Part shown: positions 1 to 14,288 of the stretch, piece by piece
How the letters are laid out: each line of letters opens with the position of its first letter
Position numbering within the stretch: the first letter of the stretch is position 1
Assembly (NCBI GenBank): GCA_964016885.1
Contig: OZ024746.1
Location: 64,418,001-64,482,000 of the forward strand
From: Eledone cirrhosa
Taxonomy: Eukaryota
Length of the DNA stretch: 64,000 bases
Reading direction: 5' to 3'
Translations under genes and position numbers: made by a program
Notes under the pieces: model-generated
Seen by the model: only the letters and a program-made list of their open reading frames with translations
The model's database searches: none
Told to the model about the DNA's origin: nothing

Positions 1-1250
1 GCCAGTTCCTTTTCTGCATATCGAACATGGCCATTTCCCTGACGGAATCAGGGTTTTGTCCTCTTTTCTACTCATCAACACTTTTGTCTTAGCTAGATTT
101 ACTCTCAGTCCTCTTGCTTCCAACTGCTGTTTCCATAGCCGGAATTTATTCTCTAGCTCCTCTACTGATTCTGCCATAAGAGCCAGATCGTCAGCATAGA
201 GAAGTTCCCATGGACAGCCAGTCTTAAACTCCTCTGTTATGGCTTGGAGGACTATAATGAACAAGAGTGGGCTGAGGACCGAACCCTGATGTACTCCTAC
301 TTGTATCTGGAATTCCTCACTAAACTCCATTCCTACCCTGACTTTACTGAGAGTACCTCTGTACAAAGTTTGCACTGTCCTCACAAGCCATTCCTCAACA
401 CCCAGCTTCCTTAGGGACCACCAGATGACAGATCGGGGTACCCTATCAAAGGCCTTCTCTAGGTCAACAAAGGCTAAGTATAGTGGCTTATTCTTCTCTA
501 AGAACCTCTCTTGCATTTGTCTCACCAAGAAGAGGGCATCTTTTGTACTCTTCCCAGGCACAAAACCAAACTGCATCTCATCTAGTTTGACCCTTTCTCT
601 AATTAGTTGTGCTAAAATCCTTTCTGCCACTTTCATAACCTGATCTATCAGTTTTATACCCCTATAATTGCTCCTCTCCAAAGCATCCCCTTTACCTTTG
701 TAGCAATTTATGAGAATACTGCTGCACCAGTCTTTGGGTATGACACCACCATATATAGCCTGATTGATGATGCGTGCAACCAGTTTAGTGCCTACGTCCC
801 CTGATGCCTTCAGCATCTCAGCAACTATTCCCGATGGTCCGGCCGCCTTACCATTTTTCATTTCCCTAATCGCCTCTTGGACCCTATATTCGTCAATCTC
901 AATAGCTGGTCCCTCTGTCGGATCTACTGAGGGTAATTTCTCTCTCTCCCATTCGTTCTCCACATTCATCAGTCTCTCATAATGACATTTCCAGGCCTCC
1001 TTTTTCTGGTCATTCGTGACACTAAGTACACCGGCATCATCCCGGACACATTTATCACCAGCAACATCCTGATTTGCATTGACACACTGCCTTGCAATGT
1101 GAAACACCGCACGCCTCTGATCTTCCCGTCGCAGAACATTGGCAAACCTCCTACTCTCTGCCTCCCTGCGTGCTAAGTACACCTGACGTCTAGCTTCTCT
1201 CTTAGTGGCTGTATATTCTTCCTTACTCCCACCCTTTTTCCAAGCCTTCC
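1..1250 (-). mobile_element. 5'-truncated RTE-clade LINE with an uninterrupted reverse transcriptase frame; runs off the window start
   Basis: Manual minus-strand translation is stop-free: ...NYRGIKLIDQVMK...QFGFVPGKST...AFVDLEKAFDRVPR...GVHQGSVLSPLLF...ELLYADDLAL...NLAKTKVL...KWPCSICRKGTG. It is absent from the ORF track, probably because no stop codon lies in the window. Confidence 0.95.
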
Positions 1251-1642
1251 TTTTGTAGATAAAAATATCGAACAACCTGATTGTGATGTCTGAATAGATG
1301 ATGTAGTTGTTTATGACAGTCAGTTCATTTCAGCAGAAGAAAGGGAGAACTTAGCATTGTTCTTTTTAAATAGGTTATTTTAGATTTTCGTCGTTTCTAC
1401 CTTACCTATCATTATACACATATATTGCTTTTGTCTTTCTTGTAGTTCATTTAAGCTCTACATGTATGGACATGTTAGAAGAGACTTGTCATATTATTTA
1501 TAGACAACATTTGTTATGTTTGTAGTTAGTATAGCATTTTGTATGAGATATAAATTTGTAGCCCACGAGTTATGTTATTTTACTACCAGCTCAAATGTTC
1601 AACTTCCTAGTTGTTTTCTCTTTTTATCATTTAGTCAGAACT

Positions 1643-1965
1643 GGCATGTGGCTTAGAGCTTAGAATATTGTATTCACAATCGTGAGGTTGTGAATTCGAT
1701 TCCTGCTCTAGGCAGGGCATTGTGTCCTAGAACAAGACACTCTATCTCACGTTACTTCAGTTTACACAGCTGTAGAAATGAGTTGCAATGTCACTGGTGC
1801 CAAAGTGTATTGGCCTTTGATTTGTCTTGAACAACATTGGTGACATGGAGAGAGGAGACTGGTATGTATCGGTGACTGCTGAGCCTTCACAAAAACACCT
1901 TGCCCAGGCTTGTGCTTCAGTGGAGAACTCTCTACGTGCAAAAGTGTTGGTCATTTGTGACCAGG
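1643..1965 (+). mobile_element. tRNA-derived SINE (V-domain-like core)
   Basis: Pol III A-box-like TGGCTTAG and B-box-like ATTCGATTCC, then GTGTCCTAGAACAAGACACT...CAGCTG..AAATGAGT core. Related degenerate copies at ~21260-21390 and ~44280-44720. Confidence 0.65.
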
Positions 1966-3869
1966 CGGGGGGGGGGGGGGGGTTACTCTTTTAGTCAGAG
2001 CAGGATGTTAGTGCCTCTAACCTTTTACAGGGCTGTTGAGATGAGAGGAAGGGAGGAAGGTGTCTTTTAACTTGGCTCAAATGCTTGCAACTGAGTGGAT
2101 TCCATTAAAGGCATGTAATAACCAGCTAGTAGTGTTAAACTGGGTGATGACTTAATACCACAGGACACAGAGCTGGAACCATTATTGTAAAGCATCTCAT
2201 CTGATGTTCTAACAATTTCTAAGACATTTTAATCAAAATATACTTGTGTTCTGTCCACAAAAAAATTCTCATTTTCTTAATGTTGTGAAACACCATCCAA
2301 TGAAATAATAAACTGTCAGTAATGAGAAGACACTAGAAGATATTAGGTAACTGTCACCTCCATTGACAACAAAGAGTTCTTTCTCTGTGCAATGAGCAAA
2401 CTATATGAAGCATATGTAAGAAATGTAAAGCTGCAGTGTAGTGAGATAGATGTTAAATATAGAAGATCTATAAAGGCTGGAGATTAGTTAGTTGAGTAGC
2501 CTCTACTATTGATTGTAAGATATTAACTTGCATGAGAAGCTCTGCTTGAGCAAATTGAGGATGTGACTACATTTTAATGACATTAACCAAATGAATGTAG
2601 GAGAGGTAATTGTGTTGTTAAGGACATGTAATGCAAATAGATGATACTTCCTGCTTGGCAAAGTATTTTGAGTTAATTAACGAAGGTAGCCAGGGCAAAT
2701 ATTTTGAGTTGATGAATAATAGTAGTGAGAGCAGAAGTGGATGAAGGAAGACATTGAATGAAGAGGTAAAATCAGATCAAAATATTCAGAAACTAAAAGC
2801 TAAGACAATGTGTAAATGGAGAGGAATAGCAGTATACTATGCTAGAAACCTATTAAACACATGAAAATGAAGATAATGATCTTTTTATTGAGGCTTTCTT
2901 TCGATAGTATTGGTACAGTGCTACTAATGGAAAAATGCTTTTAGTTGGATTATTGGTAGTTGTTGGAAACTGCATTATAGACAACCACTTTGAGCAGAGT
3001 ATAACACCAATACCCAGCAACCTTCATTGAGATGTCTGTAGTTTGAATGGTAGGCTTAATCTGTTGCCTGGTTTAATACCACCATCTGGCCCTTGAGTGA
3101 TTTTCGTGGAGTTTACACTGTTGTGAGCATATGGACCAAATTTCCAGTTTAAGGACATTATTTCCCTCTCTTCTTCCCACTAATCTCAGAGGCTCTGAAA
3201 AAGGTCAAGGCCACTGCTTTGCTTTCCTTGACTAAAGTTATAAAATAAAAAAGGAAACATTGTTAAAGATAATAATTGATGTAGTTAATTAATAGTAGTT
3301 GAAGTGCTAACATTAACTATTAATGGTTGGTCAGAGACTTAAAACACATAAAAAAATATCAAAATAGATTTAAAGAAAAAGATGAAAAGATTTATGCTGG
3401 TTTACTTTAGTAGGCCTTAGTGAGTCAGATTCAACTAACAGAATCTTTGAAAATTCATTTTATTCTAGCCTCCCTTGTGAGTTTAAAATTTTCTAAAAGT
3501 ATATCAAGAGGCAATCAATAAATGTAATCATTATTTTCTGTTATAATTCAATTTTGAAATTAATTTTTTTTGCTATTTATTCCAATGTGTTTCCAATGTT
3601 GGTAGATGTTTGTCTTCAGTGATATTAGACTGGGTTTTCTTGCCATTTATTACTTGTGCCATGTCTTATTTATCATTTATTCAGGCCATGTCATAATATT
3701 TCATGTTTTATTGCTTTCTTCTCAATTTTCTTATTATTTATTTACTTTGTCAAGAAAGAAAATTAATCATGCTATCTCAGTTTATTTGTAAACACTCTGT
3801 TTATTTTAAATAACCCAGAGATTTTCGGACAAATATTAAAGAGAAAAAAATATATTCATTATAGAAGAA

Positions 3870-4745
3870 TGTCATCATCATTATGATTATTTACCACCAT
3901 CACCACCATCACCACCACTATCACAACCACAACCACAACCACCACTATCACTACTACTGCATCTGACACCACCTCTGCCACCACCATCATTACTACTGCA
4001 CCTGACACCACCTCTGCCTCCACCAGCACCACCATCATAAAAATGATGTTTTAATAAAAACATTGATTATTGTACAGCCTTGAATTCACAAGCCTCTCAT
4101 TTCTAGTGAAGCAAATGCCGAATCAAATTGATACAAATTATTACTATTATTGTCATTGTTGCTGTTATTGGCATTGTTGTTATTGTTATTGTCATTACTA
4201 TTACTGCTCCCTTATATCAACTGTGACAACAACTATATTGAATTCTTTTGATTGTGTTCATTGTATCTTAATCTTTTATAACCTTTGATTCTGTTTCCTC
4301 TCTTTATTTCCCTTTAATTTCAGCTGTCAATCTTTTGCTACTAATAATCGCTCCTTCTTATATCCTCTACTGACAATGACTTCTATAAAGATGCCTAGAT
4401 TTCTTGATATTAATTTCTATTTCCAACAAAGTTTCCAATCTAAATTACTTGAATTAACAGCAAATTTTATTTTTGCATTTCAAATAAACAAACATAACAA
4501 CAACAACAACACAACAACAAAAGAAAAGAAACACCCCAAAATTTGTATTTTTGCATGATTTTATTTACTTCTACGATCTTAACCCCATCACTACCACAAT
4601 CATCATCATTATAACCGTTGTTACTCCCATCATCATCACCAGCACTATTGTTACTCTCATCATCATCATCATCAGCACCAGCACTATTGTTACAACCATC
4701 ACCACTATCACCATCACTGTCATTGCTGCTGTAATTGTTATTATC
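3870..4745. repeat. Compound trinucleotide low-complexity tracts (CAC/CAT/TTA/CAA) upstream of the first exon in the window
   Basis: Direct inspection; explains the T/I/H-rich spurious ORFs. Confidence 0.8.
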
Positions 4746-4821
4746 ATTTTGATATGTTTTCTCATTTTGTCTACGTTAATATATTTCTCTTTTTCTTCTT
4801 TCTCTTTTTTCTTCTTCTCAG

Positions 4822-4862
4822 GAAGCTTTTTATTGGTCGTTTAAGCTGGGAGACTCGTTCAG
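4822..4862 (+). CDS. DAZAP1: Coding exon (41 bp) of a DAZAP1/Hrb27C-like RNA-binding protein; RRM1 RNP2 (KLFIGRLSWETRS)
   Basis: Long polypyrimidine tract plus CAG acceptor (AG 4820-4821) and AG|GTATTT donor. The peptide matches the RRM1 start of the DAZAP1/Musashi family (KLFVGGLDWSTTQ). The phase-1 end G joins AA of the next exon to give Glu. Confidence 0.9.
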
Positions 4863-5606
4863 GTATTTAAATACTTTATATGTTTGTATATCAACTTGTT
4901 GTTGGTTTTTGTAAATAGTTACAATGTAAAAATTGTGATTATATATATATATGAAAAAAGATGTTTATTGAAAGAGCTATTTTTTGAAAAACAAAATGTT
5001 TATGTTGCCTTGAATCAAGTACCACAATATTTTTTTAACCCTCTTTTGATTAAATAACTTCTGAGAGAATTGAAAGACTCACATAGCAAATGAATCAATA
5101 AATATCAATTTAAAAACAAAAACAAAAACGAAAGAAAACATACATAGTTTGGATATTTTCTAAAAGAAGTCTTAAAGCTGTAAAAAAAGAAAACCATTTC
5201 TATTTAAATTCCTGCACAAACGATATCAGGCACAATGTCATTAATCAGAGCAGTAGAGTTACAGAAATTGTAAAAACGCTCAGGCAAGCATGACGGACCT
5301 TAACTTCTTAATATTGTTTGGTGAGAGTGGCAAATGACAGTGGTATTCTGAGTTCAAATCTTGCTAAGGCTTTTACCTTCAAACTGGGGTTGTAAAAAAT
5401 ATATATCAATAATGTACTCTATCAATTCAATATGTTATACCTTTCCTCACAAAATGTCTAAACTTTGTGTCAATGCCAGAGATGTTTACTAACCAGAACA
5501 CAGCATATTTATTTGAATGCTTTGAGTTTTAGATGATTGATTCAAAGCTGCAGATATCTTTGAATGTTGCCTTTAGATAAGACATTTATTCCCCTTCTTC
5601 CTTTAA

Positions 5607-5823
5607 CCCTTTAGCATTTAAACCAGCTCTATCCATCCAGAATTCCCTCACCTCTTTCTGTTAATACCGACTGTAACCGACCACTCATACTGATGTTAAG
5701 GTATTGTTCTCAGAAATAAATAATATAATCTTATAGATTCGATATTATGTGAGGTAAAGCCTTTATCATGAAAATATAATTGTAATATATATATGTAGAG
5801 AGAGTAATGTGAATGCTAAAGGG
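5607..5823. mobile_element. piggyBac-like MITE
   Basis: TIR CCCTTTAGCATT...AATGCTAAAGGG flanked by TTAA on both sides (5603-5606, 5824-5827). A partial second copy of the right end lies at ~5910-5985. Confidence 0.8.
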
Positions 5824-6799
5824 TTAATAGGTCTATTTCCATTGGTCAGTAGCTACCACTTTAAGGTTGAGTTTGATATTAGGTAGGTCATTCATCTATA
5901 AGAGCCCCATCTATAGATTCGATATTATATGAGATAATTATGTGAGGTAATAATAATATAGAGTAATGTAAATGCTGAAGTGTTAAAGCTTTGCTTCTAA
6001 TAACTGTTATGTAGAGGTAAGAAATTTTGTCACCTTGGTTCAATTTTGACCATTTTCCTTGTTTTCATTTGTTTGATCTGCTACCTATTCTCACTTAAAT
6101 GAAAACAAAAAAAATGATTTAAGAGGTGCTGGTAAGGCTATGTGATTAAGAAGTTTGCTTTGTATGACACTTTGAGCAAGTTTCTTCTACTATAGCCTTG
6201 AGCTGACCAGTGTTTTGCAAATGAATCTGGTGCATGGAAACTGAGTGGAAGCCCATTGTGTGTGTGTCTGTCTGTCTCCACTTGTTCATACTGACACTGT
6301 TTATACCCCACAACTTAACGTATGTACCAAGAAGTCTCATCTAACCCATGCCTGCAAGGAAAATTCAGATGTAAAAGTGATGAAAAAAAACCATAAGATA
6401 CCATGCTAGGTATCTTATCTTGTTTTTGTGTTGTTTAAACTTCACCATTTATTTCATTTTAATCAACAAAAAGACTTCTAATTTGTTGAGTGTTTCTTTG
6501 TAATACATGCAACAGTCAAATAGATTCCAAACTATTCTTCTCTGACAGTGAACCTTTCCCAAGATGCTATAATTCTTTTATCTCCAAGACAAGCAAAATC
6601 AATCCACTTTTTGTAAATTTTATTGAATTAACTTTTTACTGACATAGACCATCACTAGCTTTCTTAGAGTTTAGCTAATTTCCTAATTAATGGAACTATA
6701 TGTTTCAGTTCTACATTCTGCAAGAAATATACACCAAAACAAAAATAAGATAGGCATCCAGTGTTTCTATAATAAGCAGCAATGATAACAGACTGGAAC

Positions 6800-7010
6800 A
6801 AATAGTTGTTGTTTAGCTCCTGGTTGATCTCTGATCTAGTACTGTAGATCTATCATTAATATTCCACACATGACTATTCTGTATTTTTGTATAATTAAGA
6901 CTACATCGTCCTATGCACTATTTTCTAAAAATGTTAGCATTTAATTTGAGGGAGATTGGGCTGCTATTTCTACCAGGTTGAGCAATTGCACAGAGGCTCC
7001 CTTGTTAGTT
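6800..7010. mobile_element. Old dispersed SINE-like repeat family (TTGTTGTTTAGCCC...GATTTGAGGGAGATTTGGCTGCTATTTCTAGCAG)
   Basis: Recurs degenerately at ~11010-11130, 11405-11590 (reverse), 22415-22600 (reverse), 26020-26100 (reverse), 54780-54950, 55040-55200 and 57960-58490. Confidence 0.6.
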
Positions 7011-8654
7011 CGTGATATAAATAATTGAATTTGTGATGGCTAGGAGTGATTGCTACATCTGTCGATAAGCTGAAAAAAAGTGAACATTTGTATAAATTGA
7101 TTTAACTAGGAGAATTTATTACATTCCATTAATTTTTGTATTTTGTTCTCCCCCCCCTCCCCCCACACACACACACTCCATTCCCCGAAAAAAAAGACTA
7201 GAAAAAATATATTTCTGTTTTTTTTTTTTAAAACCCTTTTTTATTCACTTTTGTTCTAATTTGAAAGTTGGTGTGTGTTGTCGCTAAACAATTGGATTGG
7301 ATCTGAAATAGTTACTGAGATCATTATCATCACTACCACCACCACCACCACTACCAAGTTTTAGGAAAATATTAGTCACAAAAATTGTTCTGCTGCATAC
7401 CATAGAAATGTAGTTTACAGGCTACATGCAGCCCATGGGTCGCATGTTTTGAAACCCCTCATCTACACCATCCATTTATTTTCTGTGCTGGTTTGTATTT
7501 GATGGGAGATTATGGACTGAAAACCTCCCTAAATATGTTGACGAGTCAATTCTTGCTCATACTTTTTTTTTTATATGGTTTCTATGACTGAATGCCCTTC
7601 ATAATACCAATTACTTTACAGTGTGTACTGGGTGCATGTACTGTTTCATGATGGAACAGACACTTGACATGTTGCCTTGTCCCCTGACAGACTAAATGGT
7701 CCATCCTATATTGTCTCCTTTCATTCAAGGCAAATATGACCAAGAGGATGAATGGAAAAGTGTAAAGATTAAGTGGATGAGTAGAAGGAGGAGTGATAAC
7801 CAAAAAGGTGAAAGAAGAGTATGGCTATGAGAAACAGTGTTAGGAATACAAAGGTTTTAATGAAAGAGAGACTGTTTGGTAGCAGCTATATGTTGGTTAT
7901 TGGTAAGGTAATTGTTGAAAAACAGCATGCATGGTATGATGAGGAGAGATGGAATGAAAGGAGGAGTATTAGAAATGGAGACTCATCATCATTTAATGCC
8001 AGCTTTCTCTGCTAGCAAGGGTTGGACAGGTCTACAAAGACTGACAGTACTGAAGCTGTGGCTACTGATCTCCCAGACAAGTCGAGGAGTCTGTATCCCA
8101 CTTCGGTACGGTCATATTTAGAGCAGAGGAGGAGACGTGTCTTTTGATGCTAACCCCTTGTTTGGCTAGCTTTCTATGGCTGGATGCCGTTCCTAACACC
8201 AACCATTTTACAGTGTATACTGGATGCTTTTATTATGTAGACCAATAAAGAGAGTGGAGTATTGAAATATAGCAATAAAGATGGGTGATGTTGATAGAAA
8301 ATGAGTGATGGATAGCAATGGAGATGTGGTGGATGGCAATACAGATTGACATGGGGAAGAGAGAATGATGGCTACTAGTAGAGGTGTGAATAATGACTAC
8401 AGGGAGATCTGATGTTAACTCTAATTACACTGTCATTGTGAAAGAAGAGAGGGAGAGTGATAAAGAGTTATGGTGGAGGAGATAGAATATGTGTGTTTGT
8501 GTGTATTGCCATTGGGCAATATATATGTGTGCGTGTGTTTATGTGCATGTATATGCTTATGCTGTTTATTTGTTTCGAGTTGGTGGAGAAAGTATGTGTA
8601 TATATCCACAATTCTGTGTGTGCATATACGTATTTCAGTCTGTGTGTGTATCTT

Positions 8655-8706
<52 letters not shown>

Positions 8707-10382
8707 ACACAACTTTGTTTACAGTTTGTTGAAAAAACAATTCCATGTATTCCTATTTATAGGAACAAGGGTATTCTCAAATTAAATAAGATACTCAAGA
8801 TGTAGAGTTAAATGTATTAATTCATTTATAAATTAGTTTACAATTTTAAAAAGAAATTAAGATATATAATTATGAAGCATTTCTTGTGATCAGTGATTGG
8901 TGCTTTGATTTTGTTTATACCACACTACTGTTGATTTCCCTCGAGATCTACATCTAACTGATGTTTGAGTTTTGTTAGGTAAATCCAGTGTATGCATTTT
9001 TTTTCGTTTCCGTCCATGCTGGATTACGAAAACAGTGTCAGTATGAGATGTCAACAACCTCAACAAACCATGTTAACAATCTTTATCATTTCATTATCTA
9101 TTATTTTGTTATCTTGCAAACATGCTCCAAATGTGCTGCTAAGATGCTACACAAAAAATAACAACAAAACAATCAGTGCAACCAAAAAAAACAACAAAAA
9201 CAAAAAAAAACAATCGCTCAATTCTCTGATTCTTTTTTGAAACTTCCTGTTATGACACTTTCAGATCTGGTTTGCTCAAGAATAAAATGGATTGATAAAC
9301 TGTATATAGAAATGCATTTTTTTCCTTTTAAAGCTTGAGAATATTTTTTATTGATTGATAAGAAATTTATGATCTTGCTGTGTTTGATGGTAGAGTAGCT
9401 ATTTAGTAAAGGGGAAACAGATAATTTGAACGGGTGTGCTCACACAGTGTGTTATTGTTTGATAAAGGTGAATTGATAAAGATAAATTCTTCATTTTACT
9501 TGTTGACAAATCATTAGGTGGATCTGTTTAATAGTATAGCAGGAGGTACAATTTAGGTTGATTGATTAAGAGTATGCTATCTGATGTAGGTTTTTATTAT
9601 TATTATTAATTTTTCTAATTTGATTTCTAAGACTTCTTTCAATATAGCTAGGAAATACACCTGTAAACTTCCAAATTTGATGTATTCGAAGACAAATTTA
9701 ATTTGGTACACAGGGTGTGAAAATTGGCAGTTTCCATGGTTGGGTTCTCTTCCTCACATTAAACACTTTACAGAATGTACCTGGTACATTTATTGTAACA
9801 CTACCACAGTTGTCATGTTCTCAGCCAGGCTAAAGAATCATCTTGGCCATGCATTGTACTGAGTATATTTTATCATGCTACCAGCACTAGTGAAATTGCC
9901 TCACCAAGTTTTGATTCCATGATAAGAATTTGTTCTTTAAATTTACTGCGGATTAGTCATCAGCATATAGATCTTTTGGATAGCCAGCTGTAAGTTTCTC
10001 AGTTATGACCTGGAGGACTATGATACATAGAAAGAAAATGAGAATGGAGTCTAGGGAAATTTGCTGAACACCACAAACTGATGAGATTGTGAATTATGCT
10101 CAGCTTGTCTATAGGAAAAACATGGAATATAGATATATCCTGTAGCACAGTAGAACAATATGCACACAACATATTGGTTAAGTATTTTGTTTTGTAACCA
10201 TGCAGTTCCATGTTGTGTTTTGTTGCATGGGGAAAGTTGTCTTCTACCATTCCAAGCCTTATGGATGAAATTAGGTGAACAGAAACTGTTTGGAAGTTCA
10301 TTAGATAGACTGTATCTGTAATTCAATAGGCTATCCTTGTTACATACCTTTTTATGTGGAATTTCCTTGAGACTTATGTTAA

Positions 10383-10518
10383 CCCTTTAGCATTTACATT
10401 ACTCTATATTTATTATTATTTTCACAGTAAAGACTTTACCTCACATAATTATCTCACATAATATCGAATCTAGGTGAGAGAATTCAGGCCAGATATGGCC
10501 AGTTTAAATGCTAAAGGG
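10383..10518. mobile_element. piggyBac-like MITE, internally deleted, opposite orientation to 5607-5823
   Basis: Same TIR CCCTTTAGCATTTA, TTAA TSDs at 10379-10382 and 10519-10522, shared internal sequence. Confidence 0.8.
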
Positions 10519-11749
10519 TTAAGGCTACACAGACCTGTAGAATACTTAACTACTTATATTTTGATATAACAAGTTGGCTGTTCTGTTATACAACTGAAAC
10601 ACTCATTATAGAAACTGATAGTGGTTCATTTACTTTACTTTTACAGTATCGCATTGAAACAAAACACTGCAGTGATAGCTAAATTTCTCTAGATATATTC
10701 TGTTGTAGAGTTTAGCAATTACTATAATGAATAATGTAAAGACTTTTGCTTTATGCTAATAGCATATAGATCATCGTATTAGTGACTCGTTTACATTCAT
10801 CTTGTTCCTACTCTCCATTATTTCTAAACAATACTCACAAATGATATGAACTGCTAGGTTACAGAACATTTCCTGCTCTCTATTATTTCTCTGTCATATT
10901 ATATTAGACCAGTCAGGATAGAAATTGATTTTAATAGTTCAAACTTGTGCTGAGTATATCACATGGTTATTCTATCCTTCTAGATGAGTGAACAGTGAAG
11001 TAGTACTTGTAGTTTAGCCCTATGTCAGCCTTGACTGACCATCCCGTCTTTTTGTATTTTGGAGTGGGATTTGAGGGAGATGGCCTATATTTCTTGTAGG
11101 TTGAGCAATCACACAGTAGCTTGCTTGTTGATTAAGATTATTGTTGCTATGGGAGTAAAAGTGTTTGAAAAGCTGATGTCATTGTGCTCATCAATTTAGT
11201 AAAATTAATTATCCTGGAACATTGTAATTGAATCTTTAAACTGAAATTCTATTGAATTATTGAAATTTCTATTGTAGGAAGAGGAGGTTACTTGGGGTGA
11301 GTTTGGGACAACAATGGATTAGTGGGTTGTAAAAGGTTTGGAAACTAATGTTATAAACCATTTGTGAAATGGATTGTGACGACCACTATTCTGAGTCAGT
11401 GAGGGAACCGCTACATGGTTCTCAGTCTGCTAGAAATAATAGTCAAATCTTTCTCAGATCACACTCTTTTTAAATAGGGAAGGATACATTGGTTAATGTG
11501 GTTGATGGAAATTTGATGAGATTATCAGATCGGAAATGCCTTTGAATATAGTTCTGCTGAAACAGAGTTAGCCTGGAGCTAAACAACAACAACCTTCAGG
11601 AAATGTCTGATTTTGTACAATACTTGCTAGAACTTTTCATTTTCTCTCCTAATATGGTATTTTGGGGTCTTGCAACCCCTTTCTACAACAATTCAACTAT
11701 AACTGATAACGTGTGTATCCATGTTCAAAATGACCACACATAAGAAATA

Positions 11750-11965
11750 TCATCATCATCACCACCACCGTTTAACGTCCATTTTCCTCACTAGCATGTA
11801 TTAGATTTTCATAAATGCCCAGATAGCTTCCTAAATGCATTTGACTGCTGAATTCAAAGAGTTTCTCTCTCAGAGGAAAGAACAGATTGTATGATGCTTG
11901 GGTACAAAATGCAATCACATATGGTAGAAAGACATAGGTTTTGAATGCAGAGAGTTTGTGAAATT
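11750..11965 (-). mobile_element. Degenerate RTE/SINE remnants
   Basis: Contains a CATCATC..TTTAACGTCC tail and sequence similar to the RTE 'LYDACVRSAMLHGSETW' region. Confidence 0.5.
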
Positions 11966-13999
11966 TTGATTCTGTCTCTCCTATTATACTCCCACACTCT
12001 CCACCCACCTCCCTGGTCCCTTTCTGTCATTGCTCTCTTTTTTATTCACCCTTTAGGTCCTGTTGATTTGAATGAGTGGAGACAATGTAGGATAGTGAGT
12101 ATCTTATAGTCTTGCCAGATCTGAGGCTAAACTACTTATGCTGGAGCCATGATAAAATACACCCAGTACACTCTGTAAAATAGTGGCAATGGAACAGTCA
12201 GTGTATGGTTGAGAGGGTCCTTTAATCCAGCTAGTGATGTAACAACCTCACTAATGCTGGCGCCACGATAAAATACTCTCAGTACTCTGTAAAGTGGTTG
12301 GCATTAGGAAAGGCAGAAACTATGCCAAAATGAAACTTATGAATGAGACATGATTTTCCAACCTATCTAATCTCAAATTATGATGGCTCGTCCAACCCTA
12401 GCCAGCAGGGTAATAGATGTAAAATGATGATGATGATGATGATGACATTACTTCTAGTCTCTCTGATTTCTAGAATTTGAGGTTGTTATGATGAGAAATT
12501 AATAGATATTTGATAAGGCACTAAACTGTTTCTAGTTTAGACATTAAAAATAATGTAGTAAAATTATATTATATTGCCAAGTTTTGTGTAATGCTGCAAC
12601 AGGAGAGAATGGGAGGGGGCGATTCACTTGAAGATAGATTGATATGTTTTTTATTTATTTTTTAATTTTTTTTATTGAGAAATGAAAGTGCAAGCAGTTA
12701 GGTTGGTACAGTGAATCATTGATGTGTTTTGGTTGTTTTCTGCTGTTGGATCTATACTGCCAATAACAATTGAATGAATATGTCATTTATCTGATTTTAT
12801 TAATATTGTTGAGTCAGACTCTTTTGATAAATAGGTGTTGTTTAGTTAAAATGTGAGCAATATATATATATATATGTGTGTGTAATATTTTATTGAAAAT
12901 ATTGCAGCATATATATTGTACATATTCTCATTACAAAACTGTTTTGAAGAATTATTTTGTATTATTTCCGACATTGTTTTCATAATGTTCCTGTCAAAAT
13001 ATTTATTTCACAAATCTTTAAGATTATTATTACTCATTTTAAATAGTTCATACTGTTTTGAAGCTGCATATACATTATACATGTTTTAACATTTGTTATT
13101 ACTTTCCATGTCTTTTTTTGTTTTCCATTCTCAGAGAAAACCTGTATAGATGAAACTTGTGCATTTTTACACATTTCTCTTGCTGTTAGTTAATTCCTTT
13201 GATTTCTCAATCCATCAACTGATACAAGCATATTTATTTAGCCTATCGATATTTTAAACAAATATTGGCAAATGCTGTAGATTGTAGATGTAAGCTTCTA
13301 ATATCAGACAAATCTCTGTTTGGCTTCTATTTCCAGTTGTTGTTATTTCATTTCATTTTATACTGTTAATGCTCTACTGGAAAGTATAAACGTCACTCAA
13401 ACATGTTTGCCCTCCCTGTAAATCTAAGGCCTTCATCATCATCATCATCATACATTTGTAACAAATCAATGCTTCACTAAATTTTCAGTAACATTTATTA
13501 GAAAGTATGCCAACACTCAAAAGCATTAGTTAGTTACTATAATAATTCTACCTTAATTATAAAATTATGAGGCAGCAATCTTTTATGGTGTTGATGAATG
13601 TTAACAATCAGAGTAAGGCAGTGATAAAATTGATTGAATTTATTGAATTAGAAGCAGAAAGCATTGCAGTTGAGAAATGTTGGTATTGGAATTCACTGAA
13701 TTTTCTACAAGTCTATTTTATGATTACTATTGCTAATGAATCTAAAGAATCTCCTGTATTTCTCTTAGATCCTTTAAGGGTAAATAACCCTATTGAAATT
13801 TCAAGAAAAACCCTATAAAAAAAATACAATTAACCATATTGAAGAAATGGAAGTAACCATGAGTTTAAATGGTTCATCTCTGCTATTCTTTAAAAAAAGG
13901 TGATTGCCATCACCATCCATCAATTGTGACACATGATTCAGCCATGATGCCTGATAACATTTCTATGAATGGTGAATTGTGTCTAGTGTTAAAAATAAT

Positions 14000-14288
14000 T
14001 GTTTCTACTTTTTTGGCACAAGGCCAGCAATTATTCCAGTGCATTACTGGTACTTTATTTTATCGACCCCGTAAGGATGAAAGGCAAAGTTAACCTCGGC
14101 GGGATTTGAACTCAGATCATAAAGGGACGTAACTGTGCTAGAAAGCATGGCGTCCGACTCTCTACTGATACTGCCAATCCACCGCCTAGTGTTAAACCTC
14201 GGCGGGATTTGAACTCAGATCATAAAGGGACGTAACTATGCTAGAAAGCATGGCGTCCGACACTCTACTGATACTGCCAATCCACCGC
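14000..14288 (-). mobile_element. Young tRNA-derived SINE (Meta-like core GCCTTTCATCCTTACGGGGTCGATAAAATAAAGTACC) with duplicated head
   Basis: B-box GAGTTCAAATCCC; 17-bp TSD CTAGTGTTAAAAATAAT at 13983-13999 and 14289-14305; 103-bp internal tandem duplication. Confidence 0.9.

Noticed and set aside
8433-8805. Overlapping ORFs rich in HT/CV (also at 17.5, 19.0-19.6, 50 and 54 kb)
   Set aside because: Dinucleotide microsatellite read-through.
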